Source of the DNA: Alkanindiges sp. WGS2144
GTDB lineage: Bacteria > Pseudomonadota > Gammaproteobacteria > Pseudomonadales > Moraxellaceae
DNA: 32,000 bases
Reading direction: 5' to 3' (one strand)
NCBI RefSeq assembly: GCF_043950625.1
Contig: NZ_CP171007.1
Shown here: piece by piece, positions 21,373-32,000 of the stretch
How positions within the stretch are numbered: position 1 is the stretch's first letter
Layout of the letters: each line of letters begins with the position of its first letter
The notes under the pieces: generated by a model
Database searches by the model: none
The model's input: the letters and a program-made list of their open reading frames with translations, nothing else
What the model was told of the DNA's origin: nothing
Position numbers and translations under genes: made by a program

Positions 21373-22896
21373 ATGACGGCCGCCAATAACACCAATACCA
21401 CTATTCCCAGCGTTAAACTACTCATTAACGGACAATGGGTCGAATCCAAAACTACAGAGTGGCGCGAAGTGATTAACCCGGCCACGCAGGAAGTCCTGGC
21501 ACGGGTACCGTTTGCCACACCGGATGAAGTCAATGCCGCCATTGAAAGTGCGCAGGCCGCTTTTGCCAGCTGGCGTAAAACCCCGATTGGCACGCGGGCA
21601 CGGATTTTTTTAAAGTATCAGGAACTCATTCGCCAGCACATGAGTGAACTGGCCGCCATATTAACCAAAGAACAAGGCAAAACACTGGCCGATGCCGAAG
21701 GCGATGTGTTTCGTGGTCTGGAAGTGGTGGAACATGCCGCGGCCATTGGCAATCTGCAATTAGGAGAAATTGCCAACAATGTAGCCAACGGCGTGGATAC
21801 TTATACCCTGCTACAACCGCTGGGCGTATGTGCCGGTATTACTCCATTTAACTTTCCGGCCATGATTCCGCTGTGGATGTTCCCCATGGCCATTGCCACC
21901 GGTAACACCTTTGTCTTAAAGCCCTCCGAGCAAGACCCGATGGTGACTAACCGTCTGGTAGAACTGGCGCTGGAAGCCGGTATTCCGGCCGGTGTGTTGA
22001 ACGTGGTGCATGGTGGCGAACAAGTGGTCAATGCCCTGTGTGACCATGCGCTGATTCGCGCCGTGTCGTTTGTGGGTTCAACCCGGGTAGGCACCCATGT
22101 GTACAACCGCGCCAGTCAAAACGGCAAGCGTGTGCAATGCATGATGGGCGCCAAAAACCATGCGATTGTGCTGCCCGATGCACATAAGGAGCAAACCTTA
22201 AACCAGCTGACCGGTGCTGCCTTTGGTGCAGCTGGTCAGCGCTGCATGGCGTTATCGGTAGTAGTGCTGGTGGGTCAGGCACAGGACTGGCTGGATGAAC
22301 TGGTCACCAAAGCCAAAACCTTAAGCTTAAATGCCGGGCACGAACAAGGCACCGATATTGGCCCACTGATTTCCTGTGCAGCACGTGAGCGGGTGGAAAG
22401 TTTAATTGAGCAAGGCATCAACGAAGGGGCACGGCTGGTACTCGATGGCCGCAAACCGCAAGTGGCTGGCTATGAGCAAGGCAATTTTGTCGGTGCCACG
22501 GTGTTTGCCGATGTCACACCCGAGATGAGCATTTACCAGCAGGAGGTGTTTGGCCCGGTGCTGTGCGTGATGCATGCTGATTCATTAGATGAGGCCATTG
22601 CTTTAGTTAATGCTAATCCAAATGGCAATGGCACTGCGATTTTTACCCAGTCCGGAGCAGCCGCACGCAAGTTTCAGGAAGATATTGATGTGGGCCAGGT
22701 CGGTATTAACGTGCCAATTCCGGTGCCAGTGCCGTTATTTTCCTTTACTGGTTCACGTGCTTCCAAGCTGGGTGATTTAGGCCCTTATGGTAAACAGGTG
22801 GTCATGTTTTATACTCAGACCAAAACCATTACCGCGCGCTGGTTTGACGACGATGCCAGCGTCGGCGGCGTAAATACCACCATTAGCCTAAAATAA
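21373..22896 (+). CDS. mmsA: Methylmalonate-semialdehyde dehydrogenase (CoA-acylating)
   Basis: [55 protein letters not shown] and the catalytic Cys context GQRCMA. An AGGAG Shine-Dalgarno precedes the ATG at 21373. The ORF-track start at 21271 lies inside the operator palindrome. Confidence 0.9.
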   Translation: MTAANNTNTTIPSVKLLINGQWVESKTTEWREVINPATQEVLARVPFATPDEVNAAIESAQAAFASWRKTPIGTRARIFLKYQELIRQHMSELAAILTKEQGKTLADAEGDVFRGLEVVEHAAAIGNLQLGEIANNVANGVDTYTLLQPLGVCAGITPFNFPAMIPLWMFPMAIATGNTFVLKPSEQDPMVTNRLVELALEAGIPAGVLNVVHGGEQVVNALCDHALIRAVSFVGSTRVGTHVYNRASQNGKRVQCMMGAKNHAIVLPDAHKEQTLNQLTGAAFGAAGQRCMALSVVVLVGQAQDWLDELVTKAKTLSLNAGHEQGTDIGPLISCAARERVESLIEQGINEGARLVLDGRKPQVAGYEQGNFVGATVFADVTPEMSIYQQEVFGPVLCVMHADSLDEAIALVNANPNGNGTAIFTQSGAAARKFQEDIDVGQVGINVPIPVPVPLFSFTGSRASKLGDLGPYGKQVVMFYTQTKTITARWFDDDASVGGVNTTISLK

Positions 22897-22945
22897 GCCA
22901 GCAACAAAAAACAACGCAAAGGAAGCACAGCAAAGGATATCCATC

Positions 22946-23848
22946 ATGGAAAAAATTGGTTTTATTGGCCTGGGCAATATGGGTGCCCCCATGGCACACA
23001 ATCTGCTCAAGGCGGGTCATCAGGTCACAGTATTTGACTTAAACCCGCGGGTAGTACAGCAGCTGGTAGATGCTGGTGCACAATCTGCCACAAGCATTGC
23101 CACACTGGCGCAAGCTCATATTGATATTTTAATCACCATGCTGCCAGCCGCACAGCATGTCAAACAGGTGTATTTAGGGGAAGATGGCATTTTGGCGCAT
23201 GTGGCCAAAGGCGTGTTGCTGATTGACTCCTCTACCATTGATCCACATAGCGCGCGGCAGGTGGAACAAGCCGCGCAGGCACACGGCAATCCCATGGTGG
23301 ACGCACCGGTTTCGGGCGGTACCGCTGGCGCACAAGCCGGCACGCTCACCTTTATGGTGGGTAGTGATGACGCCACCTTTGCCAAAGTGCAGCCGATTTT
23401 GGCACACATGGGTAAGAATATTGTGCATTGCGGTGCAGCCGGTACTGGACAAGTTGCCAAGGTGGCCAATAACCTGCTATTGGGCATTAGCATGATTGGC
23501 TTGTCTGAAGCCATGAATCTGGGCGTGGCACTGGGGATGGATGCCAAAGTACTGGCACAGGTAATTAATAGCTCTAGTGGTCGTTGCTGGAGCTCGGAGC
23601 TGTACCAGCCCTACCCGGGCGTGATGGACAACGTCCCTTCTGCGCGTGGCTATACAGGTGGCTTTGGCTCCGATTTAATGCTTAAGGACCTGGGACTTGC
23701 TGCCGAATCAGCCAGACTTGCCAAACAGCCCCTGATGCTGGGGGCTCTGGCGCAACAGCTGTACCAAACCTTTAGTAGCCAAGGCAACGGGCATCTGGAT
23801 TTTTCTGCCATTGTGCAGCTGTACCAGAATAAAGATACTGCCCAGTAA
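22946..23848 (+). CDS. mmsB: 3-hydroxyisobutyrate dehydrogenase
   Basis: IGFIGLGNMGAPMAHNL, DAPVSGGTAGA and GTGQVAKVANNL. It directly follows mmsA. Confidence 0.9.
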   Translation: MEKIGFIGLGNMGAPMAHNLLKAGHQVTVFDLNPRVVQQLVDAGAQSATSIATLAQAHIDILITMLPAAQHVKQVYLGEDGILAHVAKGVLLIDSSTIDPHSARQVEQAAQAHGNPMVDAPVSGGTAGAQAGTLTFMVGSDDATFAKVQPILAHMGKNIVHCGAAGTGQVAKVANNLLLGISMIGLSEAMNLGVALGMDAKVLAQVINSSSGRCWSSELYQPYPGVMDNVPSARGYTGGFGSDLMLKDLGLAAESARLAKQPLMLGALAQQLYQTFSSQGNGHLDFSAIVQLYQNKDTAQ

Positions 23849-23878
23849 ATTACAGTTTATTGTAGGATAACCAAGTAC

Positions 23879-25030
23879 ATGGATTTTGCTTTAACCGAAG
23901 ACCAGCGCATGATTCGCGACATGGCACGCGATTTTGCTGCTAACGAGTTGCGCCCGCATGCCTATGATTGGGACAAAAGCGGCTGGATTCCTGATAGCGT
24001 AGTGACGCACATGGGTGAGCTGGGTTTATTAGGCATGATTGTGCCTGAAGAATTTGGCGGCTCTTACACCGATTATGCAGCGTATGCGCTAGCCATTGAA
24101 GAAATTGCAGCCGGTGAAAGTGCTACCAGCACCTTAATGAGCGTACACAACTCGGTCGGCTGTGGCCCCATTTTGCAATACGGCACTAATGCGCAAAAAC
24201 AGCAATGGTTACCACAACTTGCCAGCGGTGAAGCCATTGGCTGCTTTTGCCTGACCGAACCGCAAGCTGGCTCGGAAGCCAACAACCTGAAAACCCGTGC
24301 CGTACTTGAGGGTGATGAATGGGTGTTAAATGGTGCCAAGCAGTTTGTCACCAATGGCAAACGCGCCAAAATGGCGATTGTGTTTGCCGTGACTGACCCC
24401 GATCTGGGTAAAAAAGGCTTATCGGCCTTTATTGTGCCCACCGATATGCCGGGTTTTGTCGTCAGTCGGGTGGAACACAAAATGGGCATCCGTGCATCTG
24501 ATACCTGCGCTATCACGCTGGAAAACTGCCGCATTCCCAGGGACAACTTACTGGGTAGTCGCGGCAAGGGGCTGGCCATTGCGTTATCTAATCTGGAAGG
24601 TGGCCGTATTGGTATTGCCGCGCAAGCAGTGGGTATTGCCCGCGCTGCTTTTGAAGCTGCGCTGGCCTATGCACGAGAACGGCAACAATTTGGCCAGGCC
24701 ATTATTGGCCATCAAAGCATTGGCAACATGCTGGCGGACATGCACACACAAATCAATGCCGCACGCTTGCTGGTTCTACATGCTGCTAATATGCGTACTC
24801 AAGGCTTACCCTGCTTAAGCGAAGCCTCGCAAGCCAAACTGTTTGCCTCGGAAATGGCCGAAAAAGTTTGCTCACAGGCGATTCAAATTCATGGTGGCTA
24901 TGGCTATCTGGAAGACTATCCGGTTGAAAAACTGTACCGCGATGCACGGATTACCCAGATTTATGAGGGCAGTAGCGAGATTCAGCGTTTGCTGATTGCA
25001 CGTAGTTTAACCGACTATTTACTGCCCTGA
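23879..25030 (+). CDS. Acyl-CoA dehydrogenase (short/branched-chain, isobutyryl-CoA dehydrogenase-like)
   Basis: ACAD signatures [19 protein letters not shown] and [17 protein letters not shown]. It sits in the valine-catabolism cluster. Confidence 0.9.
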   Translation: MDFALTEDQRMIRDMARDFAANELRPHAYDWDKSGWIPDSVVTHMGELGLLGMIVPEEFGGSYTDYAAYALAIEEIAAGESATSTLMSVHNSVGCGPILQYGTNAQKQQWLPQLASGEAIGCFCLTEPQAGSEANNLKTRAVLEGDEWVLNGAKQFVTNGKRAKMAIVFAVTDPDLGKKGLSAFIVPTDMPGFVVSRVEHKMGIRASDTCAITLENCRIPRDNLLGSRGKGLAIALSNLEGGRIGIAAQAVGIARAAFEAALAYARERQQFGQAIIGHQSIGNMLADMHTQINAARLLVLHAANMRTQGLPCLSEASQAKLFASEMAEKVCSQAIQIHGGYGYLEDYPVEKLYRDARITQIYEGSSEIQRLLIARSLTDYLLP

Positions 25031-25048
25031 TCACGCTGTGGTTTAACT

Positions 25049-25083
25049 GGTCTTTAGGCAAATAAATGTTGAGCCTAAAGACC
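25049..25083 (+). terminator. Hairpin terminator after the acyl-CoA dehydrogenase gene
   Basis: Perfect 11-bp stem ggtctttaggc (25049-25059) / gcctaaagacc (25073-25083). The T-run (tattttt) starts 9 nt later, so this is not textbook geometry. Confidence 0.5.
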
Positions 25084-25317
25084 CAGGTTATATTTTTCAG
25101 CAAGATCAACTGTGTTTGCCAGATGTTACCAACCCCTTTTAGTTCTTATTTTTGTTTTATTGAGTGCTTAAAAATAAATGATTACTAGAGAATAACTTCC
25201 TGCCCTAGCTTTCAAATAATGCTACTAAATATGAACGAATTTTAGCCTATTTATTAGTCTTCTCTACATGATATTGCCCTAAACTAAATATCAGTGCACT
25301 AATGGATTAATACTTGC

Positions 25318-26673
25318 ATGAATATGATAAAAACACTGCTGGGTCTACTGGTCTGCTCTGGCAGTATTGGTTTTGGCCATGCGGCCATCATACCCTGGCA
25401 GGACAATACACCTTCAGCACTGACACCTTTTTCAGGTAATAAAGCATTGCTGGCCCGACTGGTTGAACGTGACATCATGATTTACGGTCATCCGGCGCAG
25501 GCAGTGACTATTCCCGGTAAAAAAGGCGTCCAGCATTATAACAATGCCCGCTTTAGCTCAGCGGCAATTATTGTTCCGGCAAAGCCTGAGCAAATCAGAC
25601 AGGTACTTAGCCAGTACTCAAATTATGCCAGCCTGTTTCCTACCCTAACCAAAGCCACAGAACTTGAGCGTAATGGCACCATTACCCAGATGAGATATCA
25701 CATTCATGTGCCAGTGCCAATTCCAGCACTCAGCTTTAATGAAGATGTGATCATGCAGCATCAGATCAGTGACAACAGTATTCAGACACTCATTGTTGAT
25801 TCACCTATTCAATATGGCATAGGCAAGTTTGAATGGTTTGCACTGGACAATAATCATACTCTGGTTACCCTGACCCAGTGGGGTGATCTGGATAAGCCCA
25901 AGGGGTTTTTGGTCAGCACAATTTTAAAAGCACTGCCAGAGGTAAAGCAGGGCATTCCGCAAAGTGTGGATACCTTTGTACTGGAAACCCTAAAGCGCAA
26001 GTTTGCACCCGATGGAAAACTGCCTACACAAGGGCCGCGCCAACTGCCTTATAAAAAACTATCTGCAAGTGACATGCAGCTGGTACAGCAACTGAATGCC
26101 CGCGCCAGTAGCCCGGTAATGTTTGTACATCGCCCGGTTAATATGCCTTATAGTAACCGCGCTGAGCCACTACAGTTTGTGACTACCTTCGCTACCCTAA
26201 AAGCGCCACCAGCGTATAGCGCTCAGGTGCTCAGTGCGCCCACCAACTATAAAAATATATTTAGTCAGGTCAGCAAGGTAGAAAGCAAAACACTGCCTGA
26301 CCAGCAAGGCACTGAATCAACAGTAACAGTGAAAGTCGGCCTTGGGGTGATTGCCATCCCCTTTAAGTTAAACCTGCGCTATTTTAATGTGGGCAATAAT
26401 CGCTACTATTATCAGGCCAATGGCGGTGATATTGAGTACATGCAAGGGCAAATGCAATTCAGTGCGTTAGCCAGCCCTCAAACGAGCCAGCAGAGTTTTT
26501 TAAGTATGACCAGTGCTGGCAAGATTGGCGATAATGCACCGTTTTTATTAAAAATTGGCAAATCATTGCCCTACTCGGATTTACTGCCAACCGTGGGTGG
26601 CGCACCGGTATTTATTTATAAGGCCAATCAATACCTGAGCAAGAATCAGAACTTCAGAAGCCAGAAATCCTAG
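25318..26673 (+). CDS. Secreted hypothetical protein, possibly with tandem SRPBCC/START-like domains
   Basis: Signal peptide MNMIKTLLGLLVCSGSIGFGHA. Segments such as AAIIVPAKPEQIRQVLSQYSNYASLFP...GKFEWFALDNNHTLVTLTQ resemble the SRPBCC layout. The fold call is tentative. Confidence 0.55.
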   Translation: MNMIKTLLGLLVCSGSIGFGHAAIIPWQDNTPSALTPFSGNKALLARLVERDIMIYGHPAQAVTIPGKKGVQHYNNARFSSAAIIVPAKPEQIRQVLSQYSNYASLFPTLTKATELERNGTITQMRYHIHVPVPIPALSFNEDVIMQHQISDNSIQTLIVDSPIQYGIGKFEWFALDNNHTLVTLTQWGDLDKPKGFLVSTILKALPEVKQGIPQSVDTFVLETLKRKFAPDGKLPTQGPRQLPYKKLSASDMQLVQQLNARASSPVMFVHRPVNMPYSNRAEPLQFVTTFATLKAPPAYSAQVLSAPTNYKNIFSQVSKVESKTLPDQQGTESTVTVKVGLGVIAIPFKLNLRYFNVGNNRYYYQANGGDIEYMQGQMQFSALASPQTSQQSFLSMTSAGKIGDNAPFLLKIGKSLPYSDLLPTVGGAPVFIYKANQYLSKNQNFRSQKS

Positions 26674-26698
26674 CAGATATTTTATAGACTATCTGGTT

Positions 26699-26742
26699 GG
26701 TATTGTTGCATCAGTGGCTTTTGCCATAAATGCAACAATACC
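26699..26742. terminator. Stem-loop between convergent genes (secreted protein / truB)
   Basis: Perfect 12-bp stem ggtattgttgca (26699-26710) / tgcaacaatacc (26731-26742) with a 20-nt loop. The U-tracts are weak on both strands. Confidence 0.4.
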
Positions 26743-26791
26743 GGTTTATTGGTTGCGCCTGCATAGAATAGAACGCCATATCTATTGTCAA

Positions 26792-27697
26792 TTAAAGGTT
26801 AACCAGACGCTTGGGCTGCACTTGTCGTTCATCATTCACGTAACCCAAGCCCAAAAACCGCTCATGGGCAAAAACCAGCACTTCACCAACAGGCACGGTT
26901 TCAATCATCACGCTCTGACCGCGACAAAAATAAAAATCTTCGCCATGATCCAGTTGTACACGCGGGAAATCACGAATAGATTCATATACTGGCAGCAGCA
27001 AGGCATCACGCTCGGGTTCACTCAAACTTTCCAGATACTCAATAGTCATGCCTTCATCCAGTTGAAAGTGCCCGGTTTGGGTACGATGCAGAATTTTGAC
27101 ATAAGCGCCGGTTCCCAGAGCTTTGCCAATATCTTCTGCCAGCGTACGGATATACGTACCCTTACTACAGTGCACGCTCAAATTAAGGGTATCTTTGGTA
27201 AAACCTTCTAGTGTTAATTCATGAATTGTGACCGGACGGGGTGGACGTTCAATTTCGATCCCTTCGCGTGCTAGCTCGTACAATGGCCTGCCGTCTTTTT
27301 TTAGCGCCGAATACATCGGTGGCACCTGCATAATATCACCGCGCAAGCCAGCCAATGCCTGTTCAATGTTCGCCTCGGATAACTCCGGAATGGCAAAACG
27401 CTCTACCACATCTCCTTCGGCATCGGCAGTGGTGGTTACCGCGCCCAGTTGAATGATCGTCTGATAGCTTTTATTGGCATCCAGCAAATAATGTGAAAAT
27501 TTGGTGGCTTCCCCCAGGCAAATGGGTAAAAGGCCGGTTGCTAATGGATCAAGCGCCCCTGTGTGCCCGCCTTTTTGTGCCCGAAAAATCCAGCGCACTT
27601 TTTGTAGTGCTGCATTGGAGCTAATCCCCAAAGGCTTATTAAGCAAAATAATCCCGTTAACCGGGCGGCGCTGGATTTTTTGGCGTGGCTGATTCAT
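26792..27697 (-). CDS. truB: tRNA pseudouridine(55) synthase
   Basis: [37 protein letters not shown] (catalytic Asp) and a PUA-like C-terminus. It follows rbfA. Confidence 0.95.
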   Translation of the reverse strand: MNQPRQKIQRRPVNGIILLNKPLGISSNAALQKVRWIFRAQKGGHTGALDPLATGLLPICLGEATKFSHYLLDANKSYQTIIQLGAVTTTADAEGDVVERFAIPELSEANIEQALAGLRGDIMQVPPMYSALKKDGRPLYELAREGIEIERPPRPVTIHELTLEGFTKDTLNLSVHCSKGTYIRTLAEDIGKALGTGAYVKILHRTQTGHFQLDEGMTIEYLESLSEPERDALLLPVYESIRDFPRVQLDHGEDFYFCRGQSVMIETVPVGEVLVFAHERFLGLGYVNDERQVQPKRLVNL

Positions 27698-27833
27698 TGA
27701 CTACAAACTGAGATAAAGTGATAAATACATTTTAGCAAACTCGGCTATGAGCTGCTGCGCAGATTCACCTTAAACCCTGGTGATTTAAAATTTTTCGGCT
27801 AACGCCTGAAAAATACTGGAGTTCAACCATATT

Positions 27834-27860
27834 AAAAAGCCACGGTTATCCGTGGCTTTT
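27834..27860 (-). terminator. Rho-independent terminator or attenuator downstream of rbfA
   Basis: Stem gccacgg (27839-27845) / ccgtggc (27850-27856) with loop ttat. It is flanked by A5 and T4, so it reads as a hairpin plus U-run on the minus strand. It starts 26 nt after the rbfA stop. Confidence 0.6.
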
Positions 27861-27885
27861 GTTTTGACAAACAAACCAGCATCGG

Positions 27886-28299
27886 TTATTGCTCTTTTTG
27901 CCCGTCTTCTGTCTGGTTCTGTGTTTCATCAGTACGCACTGCCTTGGCAATCAGATCCATCATATAATTACCGTGCGCGGTCACATTATCGTAATGAAAA
28001 CGCAAACGCGGAGTAATCCGGGTCTTGATACGACGACCCAGCTCCTGACGTAAAAAACCGGCAGCGCCGTTCAGTACATCAAGCGTATCCTGATGTGCCT
28101 GTGCATTCTGGTCATTATCCAGCTCGCGTCCCATTACGGTTACATAAACATCGGCATAACCCATATCCGGACTAACCTTGATGCCAGAGATGGTCACCAG
28201 GCCGCCCAGACGTGGGTCTTTTAGCTCTGAGCGAATCAGGTCAGACAGCTCACGCTGCACCTGATCACCCATACGCTTTAGTCGCTGGCTACCCGCCAT
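27886..28299 (-). CDS. rbfA: Ribosome-binding factor A
   Basis: RLKRMGDQVQRELSDLIRSELKDPRLG...VSPDMGYADVYV. Its start overlaps the infB stop as TAATG. Confidence 0.95.
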   Translation of the reverse strand: MAGSQRLKRMGDQVQRELSDLIRSELKDPRLGGLVTISGIKVSPDMGYADVYVTVMGRELDNDQNAQAHQDTLDVLNGAAGFLRQELGRRIKTRITPRLRFHYDNVTAHGNYMMDLIAKAVRTDETQNQTEDGQKEQ

Positions 28300-31013
28300 T
28301 ACAGACTCCGTGCAACTTGCTGAACATCGTACACTTCAATTTTGTCCAGTTCCTTGATGTCGTTGTAGCCTTTTACTGCCAAACCACATTCAATACCGGC
28401 ACGTACTTCGTCAACCACTTCCTTATGGCGACGCAGGGATTCAAGCTCACCCTGGAACACCACCACATCATCACGCAACACCCGAATTGGCTTGTTACGG
28501 TAAATGGTACCTTCCATTACCATACAGCCTGCTGCTGCACCAAACTTGCTGGAACGGAATACCTGACGTACCTGCGCCACACCCAGAATGGTCTCGCGAT
28601 GCTCAGGAGCCAGTTTACCACTCATGGCTGCTTTGACATCATCAATCATTTCATAAATGATGCTGTAATAACGCAGATCCACACCATCCTGATCGCACTT
28701 CTGGCGTGCTGCATTATCGGCACGAACGTTAAAGCCCAGGATTACCGCATCAGAGGATTCAGCCAAAGTCACATCCGACTCGGTAATCGCACCCACGCCT
28801 GAACTAATAATGCGCACGTGCACATCTTCAACTGACAAGTCGTTCAAGGCAGCTGTAATCGCTTCCAAAGTACCGCGCACATCGGTTTTCAACACAATGT
28901 TGACGGTTGGCACGTCCTGCTTGCCCATAGAGGCCATCAGGTTTTCCAGACGCATGGCGCTGGCACGTTCCAGACGCTTTTGCCGCTCACGGGCACTACG
29001 GAAATCGGCCACTTCACGGGCTTTTTTCTCGTCGCTCACCACCAGCACTTCATCACCCGCATTGGGTGACTCGGGCAAGCCCAGAATTTCTACGGGAATA
29101 GACGGGCCAGCAGACTTGATTGACTGACCGTTCTCGTCATTCATGGCACGCACGCGACCATAGGAAGCCCCAGCCAGTACCAAATCACCAACCTTCAGGG
29201 TGCCTTTTTGTACCAGCAGAGAAGTGACTGCACCACGGCCTTTATCCACACGGGCTTCAATCACAATACCTTGCGCAGCGCCTTCATCGGAGGCAGTCAG
29301 CTCCATCAATTCGGCCTGAATGGAAATCAGATCAAGTAATTCATCAATGCCCTGACCGGTGTGTGCTGATACCAGTGCTACCGGGGTATCGCCACCCCAT
29401 TTCTCAGGAATAATTTCCTTGGCAGTAAGCTCATTGAGCACACGATCCGGATCAGCAGTTTCCTTATCCATTTTATTGATGGCAACAATAATAGGCGTAC
29501 CTGCTGCACGCGCATGGTCAATGGCTTCTGCGGTCTGTGGCATTACGCCATCATCGGCAGCAACAACCAGTACCACAATGTCAGTAGCCTTGGCACCACG
29601 AGCACGCATGGCAGTAAACGCCGCGTGGCCTGGAGTATCCAGGAAAGTAATAATACCTTTATCGGTTTTTACATGATAAGCACCGATATGCTGGGTAATA
29701 CCACCTGCTTCACCGGACGCCACTTTGGCACGGCGGATATGATCCAGCAGCGAGGTTTTACCATGATCAACGTGACCCATAATGGTGACCACCGGCGGAC
29801 GGGTTTTTTCTGCACCACGATCCTTCTTGGCTGCTTCCATCAGGTTATCTTCAACCGCAGTATCACTCACCAGCACCGGATTGTGACCCATTTCCTCAAC
29901 CACTAGCGCAGCAGTCGCCTGATCAATGCTTTGATTCTGGGTAACCATTTCACCCATTTTCATCAGCATCTTGATCACTTCACGCACCTTGATGGCCATT
30001 TTTTGTGCCAGATCGGCGACCACAATGGTTTCACCAATCTGTACGTCATAGGTTTGCTTTTCTACAGGTTTGGCAAAGCCATGCTTATTGGACTGGCTGG
30101 TTTTCAAGCCGCGCTTGTTAGGCTGGAAGCTTTGCTCCTCCTGCCCACGGTTCTTACCGCGTGCCTTGCCACCACGGCTATTGGCTGAACCACCACCACG
30201 TTTGATTTCGCGGTTTTCCTGGTCAAATGACTCTTCATAAGCACGCCCTACCAGACCGGCGGCCAGCGGCGTATTGTCTTCCACCACTTTAATACTAATG
30301 TCATCATTAGAATATTTGGATGCCATTTGACGCATCTGTTCCAGGGTGCGCTGTTGTGCTTCTTCAGCCGCCTTACGACGCGCTGCTTCTTCAGCCGCCC
30401 TTAAGCGAGCCTCTTCCGCTTCACGTGCTTTTTTCTCTTCAGGGGTTTCTGATTTGCCCCGGGGCTCAGGCTTACGTACTTCAGCTTTACGTGCAACTTC
30501 TGGTTTATCGCCACGCTTTTTAACCACCACTTCAGTCTTGGCACTCGCCCCTTCTTTAGGTTCAGACTGATGAGCCGCACGCATGGCATCCAGCGTTGCC
30601 TTTTGACGTGCCTCAGCTTCAGCACGTGCCTGACTTTCGGCTTTTTCACGGGCAATCATATCTGCACGGGCTTTTTCAGCGGCTTCTGCCTTGGCTTTTG
30701 CTTCTGCGGCCAATGCAGCCGGATCCGGCTTCACAAAAGTATGCTTCTTGCGTACTTCTACATTAATGGTTTTGGCCTTGCCGCCAGTCCCTGCAACCTT
30801 GGCAGTGCTGGTGGTTTTACGTTTTAAGGTAATGTTGGCTGGGCCTTGTCCATGCGAACGCTTGAGGTGAGTAACCAGTTGCTCCTGCTCTGCTGCAGTT
30901 ACGGTCGCATCTGCGCTACGTGTAGGCAGACCTGCTTCAACCAGTTGCTCGAGCAGCTTTTCGACTGGACGGCCTACATTTTCTGCCAATTCTTTTACGG
31001 TTTTGTCCGTCAT
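28299..31013 (-). CDS. infB: Translation initiation factor IF-2
   Basis: GTPase motifs [17 protein letters not shown] and NKMD. Charged K/E/A-rich N-terminal region. Sits between nusA and rbfA. Confidence 0.97.
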   Translation of the reverse strand: MTDKTVKELAENVGRPVEKLLEQLVEAGLPTRSADATVTAAEQEQLVTHLKRSHGQGPANITLKRKTTSTAKVAGTGGKAKTINVEVRKKHTFVKPDPAALAAEAKAKAEAAEKARADMIAREKAESQARAEAEARQKATLDAMRAAHQSEPKEGASAKTEVVVKKRGDKPEVARKAEVRKPEPRGKSETPEEKKAREAEEARLRAAEEAARRKAAEEAQQRTLEQMRQMASKYSNDDISIKVVEDNTPLAAGLVGRAYEESFDQENREIKRGGGSANSRGGKARGKNRGQEEQSFQPNKRGLKTSQSNKHGFAKPVEKQTYDVQIGETIVVADLAQKMAIKVREVIKMLMKMGEMVTQNQSIDQATAALVVEEMGHNPVLVSDTAVEDNLMEAAKKDRGAEKTRPPVVTIMGHVDHGKTSLLDHIRRAKVASGEAGGITQHIGAYHVKTDKGIITFLDTPGHAAFTAMRARGAKATDIVVLVVAADDGVMPQTAEAIDHARAAGTPIIVAINKMDKETADPDRVLNELTAKEIIPEKWGGDTPVALVSAHTGQGIDELLDLISIQAELMELTASDEGAAQGIVIEARVDKGRGAVTSLLVQKGTLKVGDLVLAGASYGRVRAMNDENGQSIKSAGPSIPVEILGLPESPNAGDEVLVVSDEKKAREVADFRSARERQKRLERASAMRLENLMASMGKQDVPTVNIVLKTDVRGTLEAITAALNDLSVEDVHVRIISSGVGAITESDVTLAESSDAVILGFNVRADNAARQKCDQDGVDLRYYSIIYEMIDDVKAAMSGKLAPEHRETILGVAQVRQVFRSSKFGAAAGCMVMEGTIYRNKPIRVLRDDVVVFQGELESLRRHKEVVDEVRAGIECGLAVKGYNDIKELDKIEVYDVQQVARSL

Positions 31014-31025
31014 AATTCGCTACCC

Positions 31026-32000
31026 CTAATTAAACCATGATTCACGGGCTTTCATAATTAACTGACCAGCCCTTTGGGGATCTAAGCCTTCTATATCAGC
31101 AATATCGTCTACTGCCTGATCGGCCAAATCGTCTACTGTTACAACACCACGGGCAGCCAGTGCAAAGGCTAGCTCATGGGTCATGCCTTCCATATTCAGA
31201 AGGTCTTCGCTAGGATCCTGAATACTCTCCTGCTGCAGCAAGGCGTCGGCAATAGCCACCTCCTTGGCACGATTTTGCAGCAGTTCAACCACTTCTTCAT
31301 CCAGTTCAATTTCGTCAAACGTCTCTGGCGGAACATAGGCCACCTCCTCAATAGAGGTAAAGCCCATGTCAACCAGTGCAACTGCCATTTCTTCATCCAG
31401 CTGCAAGCGCTCAACAAACATATCAATATATTGCTGGGCTTCAGACGCCTGACGCTCACGGTATTCATCTTCCAGCATCATATCCAGCTTATAGCCGGTT
31501 AGCTCAGAAGCCAGGCGTACATTCTGGCCCTGTGAGCCAATAGCACGTGCTAGCTGATCACCAGTGGCAAAGATAATATCGGCACTTTTTGCATCTTCAT
31601 CCAGTACAATACTGGATACATCAGCTGGCTCTAAGGCACTGGCAATATACTGCGCTGGATCATCCGACCATACCACCACATCAATACGCTCACCGTTAAG
31701 TTCCTGCTGCACTGCCTGAATACGCGTACCACGCATTCCGATACAGGCGCCCACCGGATCAATACGATGATCATTGGTTTTTACGGCAATCTTGGCACGT
31801 ACACCCGGCTGGCGGGCTGCACCCTTGATTTCAATAATTTCTTCACTGATCTCAGGAACTTCTTTACGCATTAGTGCCATCAGCATTTCTGGACGACCAC
31901 GCGACAGCAGTAACTGGGCACCGCGACCCTCACGGTTCACATTGTATAAAATGGCGTTGATACGCTGCTTGGGACGCAGCATTTCCTTGGGCAGCATTTC
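31026..32000 (-). CDS. nusA: Transcription termination/antitermination factor NusA, N-terminus outside the window
   Basis: KH-domain region AKIAVKTNDHRIDPVGACIGMRGTRIQAV and an acidic C-terminal repeat region. The ORF is open to the window end. Confidence 0.95.
   Translation of the reverse strand, partial: EMLPKEMLRPKQRINAILYNVNREGRGAQLLLSRGRPEMLMALMRKEVPEISEEIIEIKGAARQPGVRAKIAVKTNDHRIDPVGACIGMRGTRIQAVQQELNGERIDVVVWSDDPAQYIASALEPADVSSIVLDEDAKSADIIFATGDQLARAIGSQGQNVRLASELTGYKLDMMLEDEYRERQASEAQQYIDMFVERLQLDEEMAVALVDMGFTSIEEVAYVPPETFDEIELDEEVVELLQNRAKEVAIADALLQQESIQDPSEDLLNMEGMTHELAFALAARGVVTVDDLADQAVDDIADIEGLDPQRAGQLIMKARESWFN

Noticed and set aside
23116-24818. Antisense and alternate-frame ORFs within mmsB and the acyl-CoA dehydrogenase gene (e.g. 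23116-23547, 24073-24579, 24432-24818)
   Set aside because: They overlap confidently identified enzymes. Their Ala/Pro/Ser/Cys-rich translations are typical GC-rich off-frame artefacts.
26714-27211. 165-aa plus-strand ORF
   Set aside because: It is entirely antisense to truB (apart from its first ~78 nt in the spacer) and starts inside the intergenic hairpin. No motifs and no Shine-Dalgarno.
30300-30760. K/E/A/R-rich low-complexity coding region
   Set aside because: It is the normal charged N-terminal region of IF-2, not an anomaly.
28212-30827. Numerous plus-strand ORFs of 64-196 aa (28212-28802, 28810-29127, 29359-29676, 29514-29906, 29931-30188, 30320-30570, 30570-30827)
   Set aside because: All are antisense to infB and rbfA, whose identities are unambiguous. 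Their translations are low-complexity with no motifs. They are typical shadow ORFs of a strongly codon-biased gene.

Overview
This 32-kb window looks like gammaproteobacterial chromosome; the Q-rich proteins hint at Moraxellaceae, but that is unverified. Both ends hold ordinary core genes at roughly 50% GC, estimated by eye. The left end has a 5'-truncated BarA/GacS-type hybrid sensor kinase and a crotonase. The right end has an XRE regulator, a glxR-like reductase, hyi, a tautomerase, an FAH-family enzyme and a LysR regulator divergent from mmsA-mmsB-acyl-CoA dehydrogenase (valine catabolism). It continues with a secreted protein and the minus-strand nusA(partial)-infB-rbfA-truB operon. Between the two ends (about 2907-17065) sits an AT-rich accessory island of about 14 kb (high-30s % GC by eye). 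I saw no integrase, transposase, tRNA, rRNA or CRISPR array. The island's left arm encodes small membrane, DUF805, lipoprotein and secreted proteins. Its main body (5859-16816, minus strand) is a nine-gene cluster, tightly packed apart from two internal gaps. In transcription order it encodes a WYL regulator, a zinc-ribbon miniprotein, and a HerA/FtsK-type ATPase with a long S/T/G/N-rich insert. Next come two paralogous Ser/Cys-rich small proteins, a coiled-coil protein and a GrpE-like coiled-coil protein. Last are an Hsp70-like ATPase with a DUF1566-like N-terminus and an Rx4H HEPN protein. From memory I cannot match this combination to any named defence system, so it is the main candidate for an undescribed conflict or defence system. 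A 14-nt imperfect palindrome (GACA-NN-ACCTGTC[A/C]) occurs five times. All five copies are intergenic and lie in or at the edge of the island, and two of them bracket the cluster. This suggests a shared operator.
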